DNA from: an uncultured Planctomycetaceae bacterium
Lineage (GTDB): Bacteria; Planctomycetota; Planctomycetia; Planctomycetales; Planctomycetaceae
Reading direction: 5' to 3'
Assembly: GCA_963976765.1 (NCBI GenBank)
Contig: CAXBME010000004.1
Span: 62,001-126,000 of the forward strand
Length of the DNA: 64,000 bases
Shown here: in pieces, positions 46,600 through 55,167 of the stretch
Layout: every line of letters begins with the position of its first letter
Position numbering within the stretch: the first letter of the stretch is position 1
Notes under the pieces: model-generated
The model's database searches: none
What the model saw: only the letters and a program-made list of their open reading frames with translations
Told to the model about the DNA's origin: nothing
Made by a program: the position numbers and the translations under genes

Positions 46600-47268
46600 A
46601 TGAACTATTTCTCGCACGCCATCAGGTTTCTCGACAGACCGGTATTTGCTGTGTCGACCGGTTTGCCAGACATGCTGTCCGTCGCGGATCGGAAGGTTCG
46701 GTTGAGGACTCGACGGATGGAGCCGTTTCTTGAAACCGCGTCGCCTTTCGAAGCGGAAGTCGCGGCCGGAGCGTTGCAGCATCTTGAAGACGACGCCTGG
46801 TTCCACAAGACGCGAGCGTTTCTGGAAACGAGTGCTGAACTCACACGCCTTTTCCGAGAAACCATCGGAGTCGGTGATGGAATGCGGTGTTCGTTCCTTG
46901 GGCACATCGTCACGGAGTTGCAACTCGACGGCGTTCTGGCCGAGCGCTACCCGGCATTGCTCGATCAGTACTACGAGTTGATGGGTGACGTTGACCCGGT
47001 CGCGATTCAATCCTGCGTCAACCGGATGGCCGCGAAGCAGACCGAACGGCTGGCGATTCTGATTCCGAAGTTTCACCAGGAGCAGTTTCTGAGAGACTAC
47101 TCGGAACCGTCCCGTTTGAGATTTCGCCTGAATCAGGTCATGCTACGCGTCCGTCTGGAGCAGCTTCCGGAAGTCATGGAGGAGGCCCTGGCGGAGAGCT
47201 GGCGGATTGTTGAATCCCGCGCCGAAGCCCTGCTTCCGCCCGAGCATTTCGAGTTTCCCGCCGGCTGA
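46600..47268 (+). CDS. AcpH (ACP phosphodiesterase)-like helical metal-dependent hydrolase
   Basis: MNYFSHA, LPD, GALQHLEDDAWFH, HIVTELQLD resemble the MN(F/Y)xxH..D..G..H..D pattern. Confidence 0.55.
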   Translation: MNYFSHAIRFLDRPVFAVSTGLPDMLSVADRKVRLRTRRMEPFLETASPFEAEVAAGALQHLEDDAWFHKTRAFLETSAELTRLFRETIGVGDGMRCSFLGHIVTELQLDGVLAERYPALLDQYYELMGDVDPVAIQSCVNRMAAKQTERLAILIPKFHQEQFLRDYSEPSRLRFRLNQVMLRVRLEQLPEVMEEALAESWRIVESRAEALLPPEHFEFPAG

Positions 47269-47367
47269 ATCGACCGATCAAATTTGTCGACGCGATTGTC
47301 TGACGCAGTCGTCGTCTGGTTTCATGTGGCGAAGGCGTCCCGGCGCTGTCAGAGGAGAGTTTTCACG

Positions 47368-48252
47368 ATGAAATACGGATTCAATTTGCTGTTGTGGACG
47401 ACCGACGTTCAGGAAGCGGATTTCCCGACACTCGAAAAGGTTAAAGGAATCGGCTACGACGGCGTCGAGCTGCCGATCTTCAATCTCGACGTCGACAACT
47501 TCAAAAAGATCGGCACGAAGTGCGACGAGCTGGGGCTCGGTCGAACGGCGGTCACCGTCAGCACTGAAGAAGAGAATCCAATCTCGCCGGACGCCGCCAT
47601 TCGGAAGAAGGCCGTTGACCGTCTGAAGGTTGCGGTCGACTGTGCGTCCGCTGCTGGAGCAACTCACCTTTGCGGTCCGCTGCACTCGGCTCTGGGAGCG
47701 TTCCCACCGTCAGAAGAACTGCTCGGCTTTCGCGAATTTGCGGCTCGCGGCATCGCGCGAACTGAAGATGAATGGAAGTGGTGTCAGGACGTGCTCGGCC
47801 AGGTGGCTGATCACGCTCAGGCAAATAACGTCACGCTGGTCTTCGAGTATCTGAACCGGTTCGAGTGCTACTTCGCGAACTGTGCCGCCGATGCCGCTCG
47901 CTTCTGCCGCGAGGTCGGACACCCGAACCTCAAAATGATGTATGACACGTTCCACGCGAACATCGAAGAGAAGTGCATCCGCACCGCCGTCCAGGACTGC
48001 AAGGACCAGATGGTTCACGTCCACATTTCCGAGAACGATCGTTCGACGCCAGGCAAAGGTGGAGTAAACTGGGACGCCTCGTTCGCCGCGATTGAAGAAG
48101 CTGGTTATGACGGCTGGATGGTTGTCGAAGCCTTCGGTCTGGCTCTGCCGGACCTGGCCGCCGCCACCAAAATCTGGCGCCGCATGTACGACACTGAAGA
48201 GTCACTTTGCTCCGACGCTCTGGCCTTCATGAAGTCGCGAGTCGAAGGCTAG
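47368..48252 (+). CDS. sugar phosphate isomerase/epimerase (D-tagatose/D-psicose 3-epimerase-like)
   Basis: GYDGVELP, EYLNRFE, DTFHANIEE, HVHISENDR, VVEAF. Confidence 0.9.
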   Translation: MKYGFNLLLWTTDVQEADFPTLEKVKGIGYDGVELPIFNLDVDNFKKIGTKCDELGLGRTAVTVSTEEENPISPDAAIRKKAVDRLKVAVDCASAAGATHLCGPLHSALGAFPPSEELLGFREFAARGIARTEDEWKWCQDVLGQVADHAQANNVTLVFEYLNRFECYFANCAADAARFCREVGHPNLKMMYDTFHANIEEKCIRTAVQDCKDQMVHVHISENDRSTPGKGGVNWDASFAAIEEAGYDGWMVVEAFGLALPDLAAATKIWRRMYDTEESLCSDALAFMKSRVEG

Positions 48253-48273
48253 ATTCACTGTCCAGCCAATCCT

Positions 48274-48305
48274 CACCCCGGTCACTCCAGTGGCTGGGGT
48301 GTTTT
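48274..48305 (+). terminator. rho-independent terminator
   Basis: CACCCCGGTCAC-TCCA-GTGGCTGGGGTG-TTTT. Confidence 0.65.
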
Positions 48306-48338
48306 GCTTCACGCCCCGCCTCAACCAGGAACTTGCCG

Positions 48339-51300
48339 ATGACCACTGCTCGCCGTTTCGTACCTGCAATTTTGCTGGCGATTTTGACGACGCCGTTGCT
48401 GATCGCTGCCGATGTATCAACGCAAAAGCCCGTGATTCAGGAAGCCGTCGTTCGCAATCCGGACGGCAGCGTGCATACCGTCGAGATCACAAAGCCGAAA
48501 CCAAAGTTCGATGTGGCCGCCGGCCCGGACGCGATCTGGATTTGGAATCAGGGGTCGGCTGCTCAATCATGCTTCATCAGAAAGCAGTTCAAAACAGCAG
48601 ACGTGAAGTCGGCCACGATGATCGCCACCTGTGACAATGGCATGACCGTTCGAGTCAATGGGGAAAAAGTCGCGTCGAGTTCAGAATGGGGACAGCCGGT
48701 GACGATCGACGTGTCGTCGGCGATCAAAGCAGGATCGAATGAGATCACAGTTGATGCCACAAACGAAGGCGGCACCGGCGGGTTCGTCCTTAAACTGGAG
48801 ATGACTCACGAGGGCGGCGGTAAATCCTACGTCGTGACGGACTCGTCCTGGACGATCGCGAAGGACAAAGCGTTTAACGATCAGTACGACGTTAAGCCGA
48901 TCGGAAAAATGGGCGTCGGACCGTGGGGCAACGTCTTTGCCAACCCAGGCGGCGGAGGCAACAGCCTGCTGAAAAACAGCGTGCCACGTGGAGTGTTTCA
49001 GGTTCCCGACGGCTTTCAGGTCGAACTGCTTTACGACGTTCCGAAAGACACTCAGGGGTCGTGGGTCAGCATCGCGTTCGATGATAAAGGACGTCTGATC
49101 GCCAGCGACCAGGGCGACAAAGGTCTGTATCGAATCACCCCGTCGCCGATCGGCAGCGACCAGCCGACAACGGTTGAAGCTCTTGATCTCAAAATTTCGT
49201 CATCTCAGGGAATGCTCTGGGCCTTCGACTCGCTCTACATCTGTGTGAATGGCGGACCAGGCAGCGGCCTGTACCGGGCAACCGATTCGAACGGCGACGG
49301 CGAACTCGACAAGGTAGACAAGCTGAAGTCACTTCGTGGCGGCGGAGAACACGGTCCGCACGGGTTACGACTTTCGCCGGACGGCAAGTCGATCTACCTG
49401 ATCGCCGGCAACCATACCGATCCGCCGGAGAATTTTGATTCCAGCCGAGTTCCAACCAACTGGTCCGAAGATCATCTGCTGCCCCGGCAATGGGACGCTC
49501 GCGGGCACGCACGAGGTAAGCTGGCTCCAGGTGGCTGGGTCGCGAAAACCGATCCCGAAGGCAGGACCTGGGAAATCATCAGCATGGGTTACCGCAACCC
49601 GTACGATTTTGATTTCTCGCTCGAAGGAGAATTATTCGCCTACGACGCAGACATGGAATGGGACATGGGGTCGCCCTGGTACCGCCCGACTCGAATTGTC
49701 CACGCCGTCAGCGGCAGCGAATTCGGCTGGCGAAGCGGCACGGGCAAATGGCCGACCTACTACATCGACAGCCTGCCTCAGGTCGTTGACATTGGGCCAG
49801 GCTCGCCGGTGGGAGTTTCGTTCGGGACGGGCGCAAAATTTCCCGCGAAGTATCAGAAGGCGTTGTTCTGCTGCGACTGGACTTTCGGAACAATGTACGC
49901 CGTGCATCTGACTCCGAACGGAGCTTCGTACGTCGGCGAGAAAGAAGAATTCGTTTCCTGCACGCCTCTGCCGCTGACGGACGTCGCCATCGGTCCAGAC
50001 GGAGCCATGTATTTCACCGTTGGTGGCCGAGGTGCTCAGTCGGCACTTTACCGGGTCACTTATACAGGCAACGAATCAACAACACCGGTTCAGCCTGGCC
50101 AGGAGTCTGGCAATGTGGAACGGTCCGTTCGCAGGCAACTGGAAGCTCTGCATGAAGCCGGCAAGTCCAGTGAACAGAATGTCGAATTCATCTGGGAGCA
50201 TCTTGGGCACGACGACCGCTCGATTCGATACGCCGCTCGTGTCGCTCTGGAATTCCAGGAACCGGCACTGTGGCAGCAGCGGGTTCTTACGGAAACCTAC
50301 CCCGAACTGCTGATCAATGCCGCCGTCGCGATGGCTCGACAGGGCAATCCTGAAAGACGTGATGCCCTGCTCGACCGATTGCTCAACGTTGAGTTCAGCG
50401 AGTTGACTGAGTTCCAGAAACTCGAATGGCTGCGAGCCGTCAGTCTGGTCTTTATCCGGTTGGGAGTCCCAACGGTCGAACAGCAGCGCGCGGTTGCGCA
50501 GATTCTCGAACCCGAGTTTCCATCAGGTCGGGAAATGCTCGATCGTGAGCTGGCCGGAATGCTCGTCTATGTGAACTCGACGAAAATCATCGACAGGACG
50601 CTCAAGCTGATGGCTCCGGCATCGGAAGGCGAAGCTGAAGCCGTGATTCCTGAAGTGCTGGCTCGCAATCCTGGTTATGGCGGTTCGATCGCCAACATGC
50701 TGGCGAACATGCCGGACCTTAACCAGACGCACTACGCTTACGTGCTCCGCAATATGAAATACGGCTGGACGATCGCGCAGCGTCGGCAGTACCTCGACTG
50801 GTTTGCGAGAGCTTCGAAGAAAAGCGGCGGAGCCAGCTTCGAAGGGTTTCTGAAAAACATCAAAGACGAATTCCTGGCCAACGCGACCGAGGCCGAACGC
50901 AAAGCGCTGGAAAGCTCGATCGCCGCGACCGCTCCGAAAGAAGCCGACCTGCCAAAGCCTAAAGGCCCCGGTCAAGAATGGTCACTGGGCGAACTTGTCG
51001 AACTGACAAAATCCGGTCTCTCCGACCGCAACTTTGAAAACGGAAAACGGACCTACGCATCAGCTCGTTGCATCTCGTGCCATCGCTACCTCGGCGAAGG
51101 CGGCAGCACGGGACCGGATCTGTCGAACGTCGCAGGCCGGTTCAGCTATAAAGACCTGCTGGAATCCATGATCGATCCGAGCAAAGTTGTCTCTGACCAG
51201 TACCGCGCATCGATCGTGACAACGGACAGCGGCAAAGTCTACACCGGCCGGATCCTGAACGACGCTGATGGAAAGCTGACAATCCTGACCGACCCCGTCG

Positions 51301-51473
51301 ACGCAACGAAGGTCGTGACGATCGACAAGAACGACCTCGACGAAGTACTGCCCTCACCGACGTCGCTGATGCCTGCGAAGCTTTTGAATCAGCTGAACAA
51401 GGGAGAAGTCCTCGACCTGTTGGCATTTCTGATGTCGCGAGGAAACCCTGCCGATCCGTTGTTTGCGAAGTAG
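48339..51473 (+). CDS. PVC-type heme-binding protein (jelly-roll + beta-propeller dehydrogenase-like + HEAT-like + cytochrome c)
   Basis: Signal peptide; GEHGPHG, GYRNPYD, DADMEWD, CISCH heme motif, GPDLS, SLMPAKLL. Confidence 0.9.
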   Translation: MTTARRFVPAILLAILTTPLLIAADVSTQKPVIQEAVVRNPDGSVHTVEITKPKPKFDVAAGPDAIWIWNQGSAAQSCFIRKQFKTADVKSATMIATCDNGMTVRVNGEKVASSSEWGQPVTIDVSSAIKAGSNEITVDATNEGGTGGFVLKLEMTHEGGGKSYVVTDSSWTIAKDKAFNDQYDVKPIGKMGVGPWGNVFANPGGGGNSLLKNSVPRGVFQVPDGFQVELLYDVPKDTQGSWVSIAFDDKGRLIASDQGDKGLYRITPSPIGSDQPTTVEALDLKISSSQGMLWAFDSLYICVNGGPGSGLYRATDSNGDGELDKVDKLKSLRGGGEHGPHGLRLSPDGKSIYLIAGNHTDPPENFDSSRVPTNWSEDHLLPRQWDARGHARGKLAPGGWVAKTDPEGRTWEIISMGYRNPYDFDFSLEGELFAYDADMEWDMGSPWYRPTRIVHAVSGSEFGWRSGTGKWPTYYIDSLPQVVDIGPGSPVGVSFGTGAKFPAKYQKALFCCDWTFGTMYAVHLTPNGASYVGEKEEFVSCTPLPLTDVAIGPDGAMYFTVGGRGAQSALYRVTYTGNESTTPVQPGQESGNVERSVRRQLEALHEAGKSSEQNVEFIWEHLGHDDRSIRYAARVALEFQEPALWQQRVLTETYPELLINAAVAMARQGNPERRDALLDRLLNVEFSELTEFQKLEWLRAVSLVFIRLGVPTVEQQRAVAQILEPEFPSGREMLDRELAGMLVYVNSTKIIDRTLKLMAPASEGEAEAVIPEVLARNPGYGGSIANMLANMPDLNQTHYAYVLRNMKYGWTIAQRRQYLDWFARASKKSGGASFEGFLKNIKDEFLANATEAERKALESSIAATAPKEADLPKPKGPGQEWSLGELVELTKSGLSDRNFENGKRTYASARCISCHRYLGEGGSTGPDLSNVAGRFSYKDLLESMIDPSKVVSDQYRASIVTTDSGKVYTGRILNDADGKLTILTDPVDATKVVTIDKNDLDEVLPSPTSLMPAKLLNQLNKGEVLDLLAFLMSRGNPADPLFAK

Positions 51474-51499
51474 TCACCAGCAACGTAATAAAATTCAAC

Positions 51500-51561
51500 A
51501 ACCACGGAAGACACGGAAATGAGAGGGCGTGTTTCCGTGTCATTCCGCGTCTTCCGTGGTT
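51500..51561. repeat. miniature palindromic element (family C)
   Basis: AACCACGGAAGACACGGAAA...TTTCCGTGTCATTCCGCGTCTTCCGTGGTT. Confidence 0.75.
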
Positions 51562-51587
51562 CTATTTTTAGAATGGAAAATCGACGA

Positions 51588-52508
51588 ATGGAACTGCAGG
51601 AAATTACGGACGCGTTGTCGGCGCATTGCCCGGACATCCTTCGCTGGTCGGGAGCGATCGCGAAGACGTTGCGGCAGTTTGATATTTCGCTCGGTGGTAA
51701 ATCGTCGGGAAGTTCCAACACCGACGCACTGACGCTGGCCGATCTGACCGTACAGGAACTGGCTGTCGCGGCGCTGCGGGACAAAGCTCCGATCCTCAGA
51801 AACTGCCGGATCGAAGCGGAAGAAGAGACTGGCGACCTGGGAGCGTTTGCTGCCGAGTCAGAGTATGTAATTTCGCTCGACCCGATCGACGGGACGAAAT
51901 ACTTCCGCGACCGGACGGGTAATCAGTGGTGCGTGATGCTGCACCTGAGAACTCGCGACACGGTTCACTACTCGCTGGTTTACGTGCCCGAAGATGGCGA
52001 GCACGGGACCTGGCTGGAAGCGTGCGGCGACCGCATTCTCTGCGGCCCGGACGATCTGACGAGGCCAGCTCGCGAGGTGCTGGATTCAATGACGCCCGTC
52101 GAGGTTGAGAACTGGAACGGCTCGTCGAGTATCTACCTGATCGGTTTTCAGGATCGCGACGTGGAACGGGCTGGCGAGGTAACAGCTCTCGGTCTCAACG
52201 GAGTCGCTCCGGACGAAATGCCCGGCAGCATCTATCCGTTGCTGGCGACGGGAGCGTTCGGCGGCTCTCTGATCCACTCACCCAACATTTACGACTTTCC
52301 TGTCTCGATGCACCTGGCTCGGATTCTGGGGGGAGACGCGGTCTGGGTTCACAACGGAGAATCAGTCAACTTCGACGAAATGTGGATGGACGATCGAGCG
52401 GACATGCTGCGTCTGCCGGGCATCGTCGCGTGCAGCCCGAAACGCGAGTACCTCGACCAGTTCTGCTCGCTGGCCAAAGACTGGCCGAAAGAGCGATATA
52501 CCAACTGA
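51588..52508 (+). CDS. inositol monophosphatase (FIG) family protein
   Basis: TLADL.VQE, AEE, LDPIDGTKYF, YDF motifs. Confidence 0.85.
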   Translation: MELQEITDALSAHCPDILRWSGAIAKTLRQFDISLGGKSSGSSNTDALTLADLTVQELAVAALRDKAPILRNCRIEAEEETGDLGAFAAESEYVISLDPIDGTKYFRDRTGNQWCVMLHLRTRDTVHYSLVYVPEDGEHGTWLEACGDRILCGPDDLTRPAREVLDSMTPVEVENWNGSSSIYLIGFQDRDVERAGEVTALGLNGVAPDEMPGSIYPLLATGAFGGSLIHSPNIYDFPVSMHLARILGGDAVWVHNGESVNFDEMWMDDRADMLRLPGIVACSPKREYLDQFCSLAKDWPKERYTN

Positions 52509-52540
52509 TGTGCGTCGCCCGTGTTCTCACGATTTTGAAA

Positions 52541-53557
52541 TCAATCCAGAATGACGCCCATGTCAGCTCGGAAGAATTTCATGTCGGCCCAGACATCTTT
52601 CTTCGCCCCCGGCGACCTCAGCAGGTACGACGGGTGGTAGGTACAGAGGACTTTGATGCCTTTGTAGTCGAAGAATTTGCCTCGCAGTTTACCGATCGCC
52701 GCCTTTGTTCCGAGCAGATTGTGGGCGGCTACGGATCCCCAGCAGACGATGTATTTCGGGTCGACGGTTTCGATCTGCGCTTCGAGATACTCGCGGCAGT
52801 TTGCGGCTTCATCCGGAGTCGGGTTGCGGTTGCCAGGCGGTCGACATCGCAGAATGTTGCAGATGTAGATCTCTTCGCGAGTCAGCTTGCACGCGACCGT
52901 GATTTTATCGAGCAGCTGCCCGGCCTTCCCAACGAACGGTTCTCCCTTCCGGTCCTCGTCCGCGCCAGGGGCTTCGCCGATGTACATAATGTCGGCTTCC
53001 GGGTTGCCGACTCCGAACACGGTCTGCGTTCGAGTTTCTGCCAGTTCCTGACACCGTACGCAGGCGGCGACCTGTTGAGCGACTCGTGAAAGACCAGCGA
53101 CACGTTCATCAAGCGGAGCGACCGAACAAGGACGTCTAACTTCAGTCGTATCCAGCGAGAATTCCTGTGGCAACGCCCCCGTCGACGATGGAAGCAACTG
53201 GCGCACAACGGGGACCGTTGCTGCTGCCGGCGTTGACGTCGGCTTGCCAGTCGCAGGCGATGATTGCTGAGCAGCGATACTAGTTGAAGAGGACGCTGCC
53301 GGAGCAGTGCCAGCGGGCGACGTTCGTGGTGCAGACGCTCCTGGCATAGTCGTTCGTGGTGCAGCTGCGCCGGAAATCCCGGGCGACGGTGCGACGGCGG
53401 TTCGTTGCGAAACGGGTACCGATGCTGATGCAGATTCCTGCGTTTCGACCCGCTGCGTCAGTGCGGCAACAAGCTCCGTCAGCTCACCGGGTACGTGAGT
53501 CACCCCCGCCCGCTCAAGGTCTTCCAGTTTTTGCCGCAGGATCCGTTGCGGATTCAT
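52541..53557 (-). CDS. family-4 uracil-DNA glycosylase with low-complexity N-terminal linker
   Basis: CVRCQEL Fe-S ligands, [32 protein letters not shown]. Confidence 0.93.
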   Translation of the reverse strand: MNPQRILRQKLEDLERAGVTHVPGELTELVAALTQRVETQESASASVPVSQRTAVAPSPGISGAAAPRTTMPGASAPRTSPAGTAPAASSSTSIAAQQSSPATGKPTSTPAAATVPVVRQLLPSSTGALPQEFSLDTTEVRRPCSVAPLDERVAGLSRVAQQVAACVRCQELAETRTQTVFGVGNPEADIMYIGEAPGADEDRKGEPFVGKAGQLLDKITVACKLTREEIYICNILRCRPPGNRNPTPDEAANCREYLEAQIETVDPKYIVCWGSVAAHNLLGTKAAIGKLRGKFFDYKGIKVLCTYHPSYLLRSPGAKKDVWADMKFFRADMGVILD

Positions 53558-53608
53558 TTGCTCCTGCTCCGGTGGGTTTGTCAGAGAACCTTGACATTGG
53601 AGTCGATG

Positions 53609-53634
53609 ACTTCGTCAGGCGAGCCCTGAGCTAC
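53609..53634 (-). repeat. single REP-like palindrome (family A) overlapping the stop codon of the cyclase gene
   Basis: Minus strand reads GTAGCTCAGGGCTCGCCTGACGAAGT; its TAG is the stop codon. Confidence 0.65.
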
Positions 53635-54833
53635 GCTTTGGTCGATTCAGCACTGAATGTTGAACTGCAATTTTCGCTGGCAAAGCTCGCGACGATCTCG
53701 ATCGCTCGACGCATGCCAGACTCGTCGATCTCGTGGACGTCGATCGGCTTTCCGACAGCGTCGAGCATGGTGATAGTCAGACGCCCGCCCAGGTGCTGGC
53801 GGAATTCTTCCAGACCAGCAAACAGCTCGTCAGTTTCATGAAGAGCCGGGTGGTCAAGTGGGAGCCCCATTTCGGCGAGACACTTCAGAACCCGGTCGGC
53901 GTCTCCTTCGGGCAGGCCATGCACAAGCGAAGAATAAACCGTGTCGACGGCGACTCCGATCCCGACCGCTTCGCCGTGCCGCAGGCCGAAGTCAGTCATC
54001 ACTTCGAGTTTGTGCGCCGACCAGTGTCCGTAATCCAACGGTCGAGCTTCGAGGGCTTCGAACGGATCTCCACCCTTCGTGATGTGGTTGAGATGGTGAA
54101 TTGCCGAACGGCGGATAATCGGTCCGGAAACTTCAGCGTCGCGAAGCCTGATCCGCTCAGCGTTCCGACACAGATCGTCGAACAGCTCAGGCTCTTTTAG
54201 AAGAGACACTTTGACCGCTTCTGAAAATCCGCAAACGAAGTCACGATCGGGCAACGTCGACAGGAGCTTCGCATCGTTAATGACAGCCCACGGAGCAGCG
54301 AACGAGCCCACCCAGTTCTTTTTCTGAAAGAGGTTCACGCTGTTCTTCACGCCAACGCCCGAGTCTGCCTGAGCCAGCGTGGTCGTTGGCAATCGGACCA
54401 GCCGGATTCCTCGATGGGCGATCGCCGCTGCGAAGCCGACTGCATCGAGAACTGCTCCGCCACCGATAACGACAATGTAACTGCGACGGTCGAGATCGGC
54501 GTGGTTGATGCACTTGAGCATTCGCTCGAGGATGTGGATCTCGTTTTTGACGACTTCTCCGCCAGGTACGGTCTGAATGTTGCCGGGAGTCAGAAAACGG
54601 TTGGCGTTCTTCTGACAGAACGCATCGACCCGCGATCGAAGTTCAGGCACCGCATCGGCGACGCATTCGTCCAGCCAGAATTGAACTCGCGGAAGCTGAT
54701 CACCGGACGGCTCCAGTACATTCAGAAGGGTATCCTGGTCTGCTCCCAGCACGTCATCCGTAAACCGCAGGCGGTGGACGAAAGGGACAGAAAAAGGAAT
54801 ATCGATCATTCCTGGGGCGATATTTTCTGGCAT
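53631..54833 (-). CDS. 3-dehydroquinate synthase-like sugar phosphate cyclase (EboD type)
   Basis: [58 protein letters not shown]. Confidence 0.88.
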   Translation of the reverse strand: MPENIAPGMIDIPFSVPFVHRLRFTDDVLGADQDTLLNVLEPSGDQLPRVQFWLDECVADAVPELRSRVDAFCQKNANRFLTPGNIQTVPGGEVVKNEIHILERMLKCINHADLDRRSYIVVIGGGAVLDAVGFAAAIAHRGIRLVRLPTTTLAQADSGVGVKNSVNLFQKKNWVGSFAAPWAVINDAKLLSTLPDRDFVCGFSEAVKVSLLKEPELFDDLCRNAERIRLRDAEVSGPIIRRSAIHHLNHITKGGDPFEALEARPLDYGHWSAHKLEVMTDFGLRHGEAVGIGVAVDTVYSSLVHGLPEGDADRVLKCLAEMGLPLDHPALHETDELFAGLEEFRQHLGGRLTITMLDAVGKPIDVHEIDESGMRRAIEIVASFASENCSSTFSAESTKA

Positions 54834-55167
54834 GGGTGACTCCTTACCGGGCGGCAGGCGTGCGGGGAAAGCTGTGGAATGAAGCCGATGCACTGTCGGG
54901 CCGACGGTGTTAGCGGCGAATGATCACGACGGTTCTGAAGTGCCCGATTCCGTCGGATCTGGTTGCCTGATCCATCAGGGGTCATTGCAACGGCGGGGCG
55001 AGTTGCATTGTGGCGTTCAAACAATGCCGGATCAACCAGTTGCCGAAGATCGAGTCACGTTGCCGGTTTTCATCCGGCTGAGTCAAACGGTTACAGCGAT
55101 ACCGCCGGTTCAATCGCTCGCAGGGCAAACGATGTCACTCTGCGTGGCCACTGTTGCTTACCAACGA

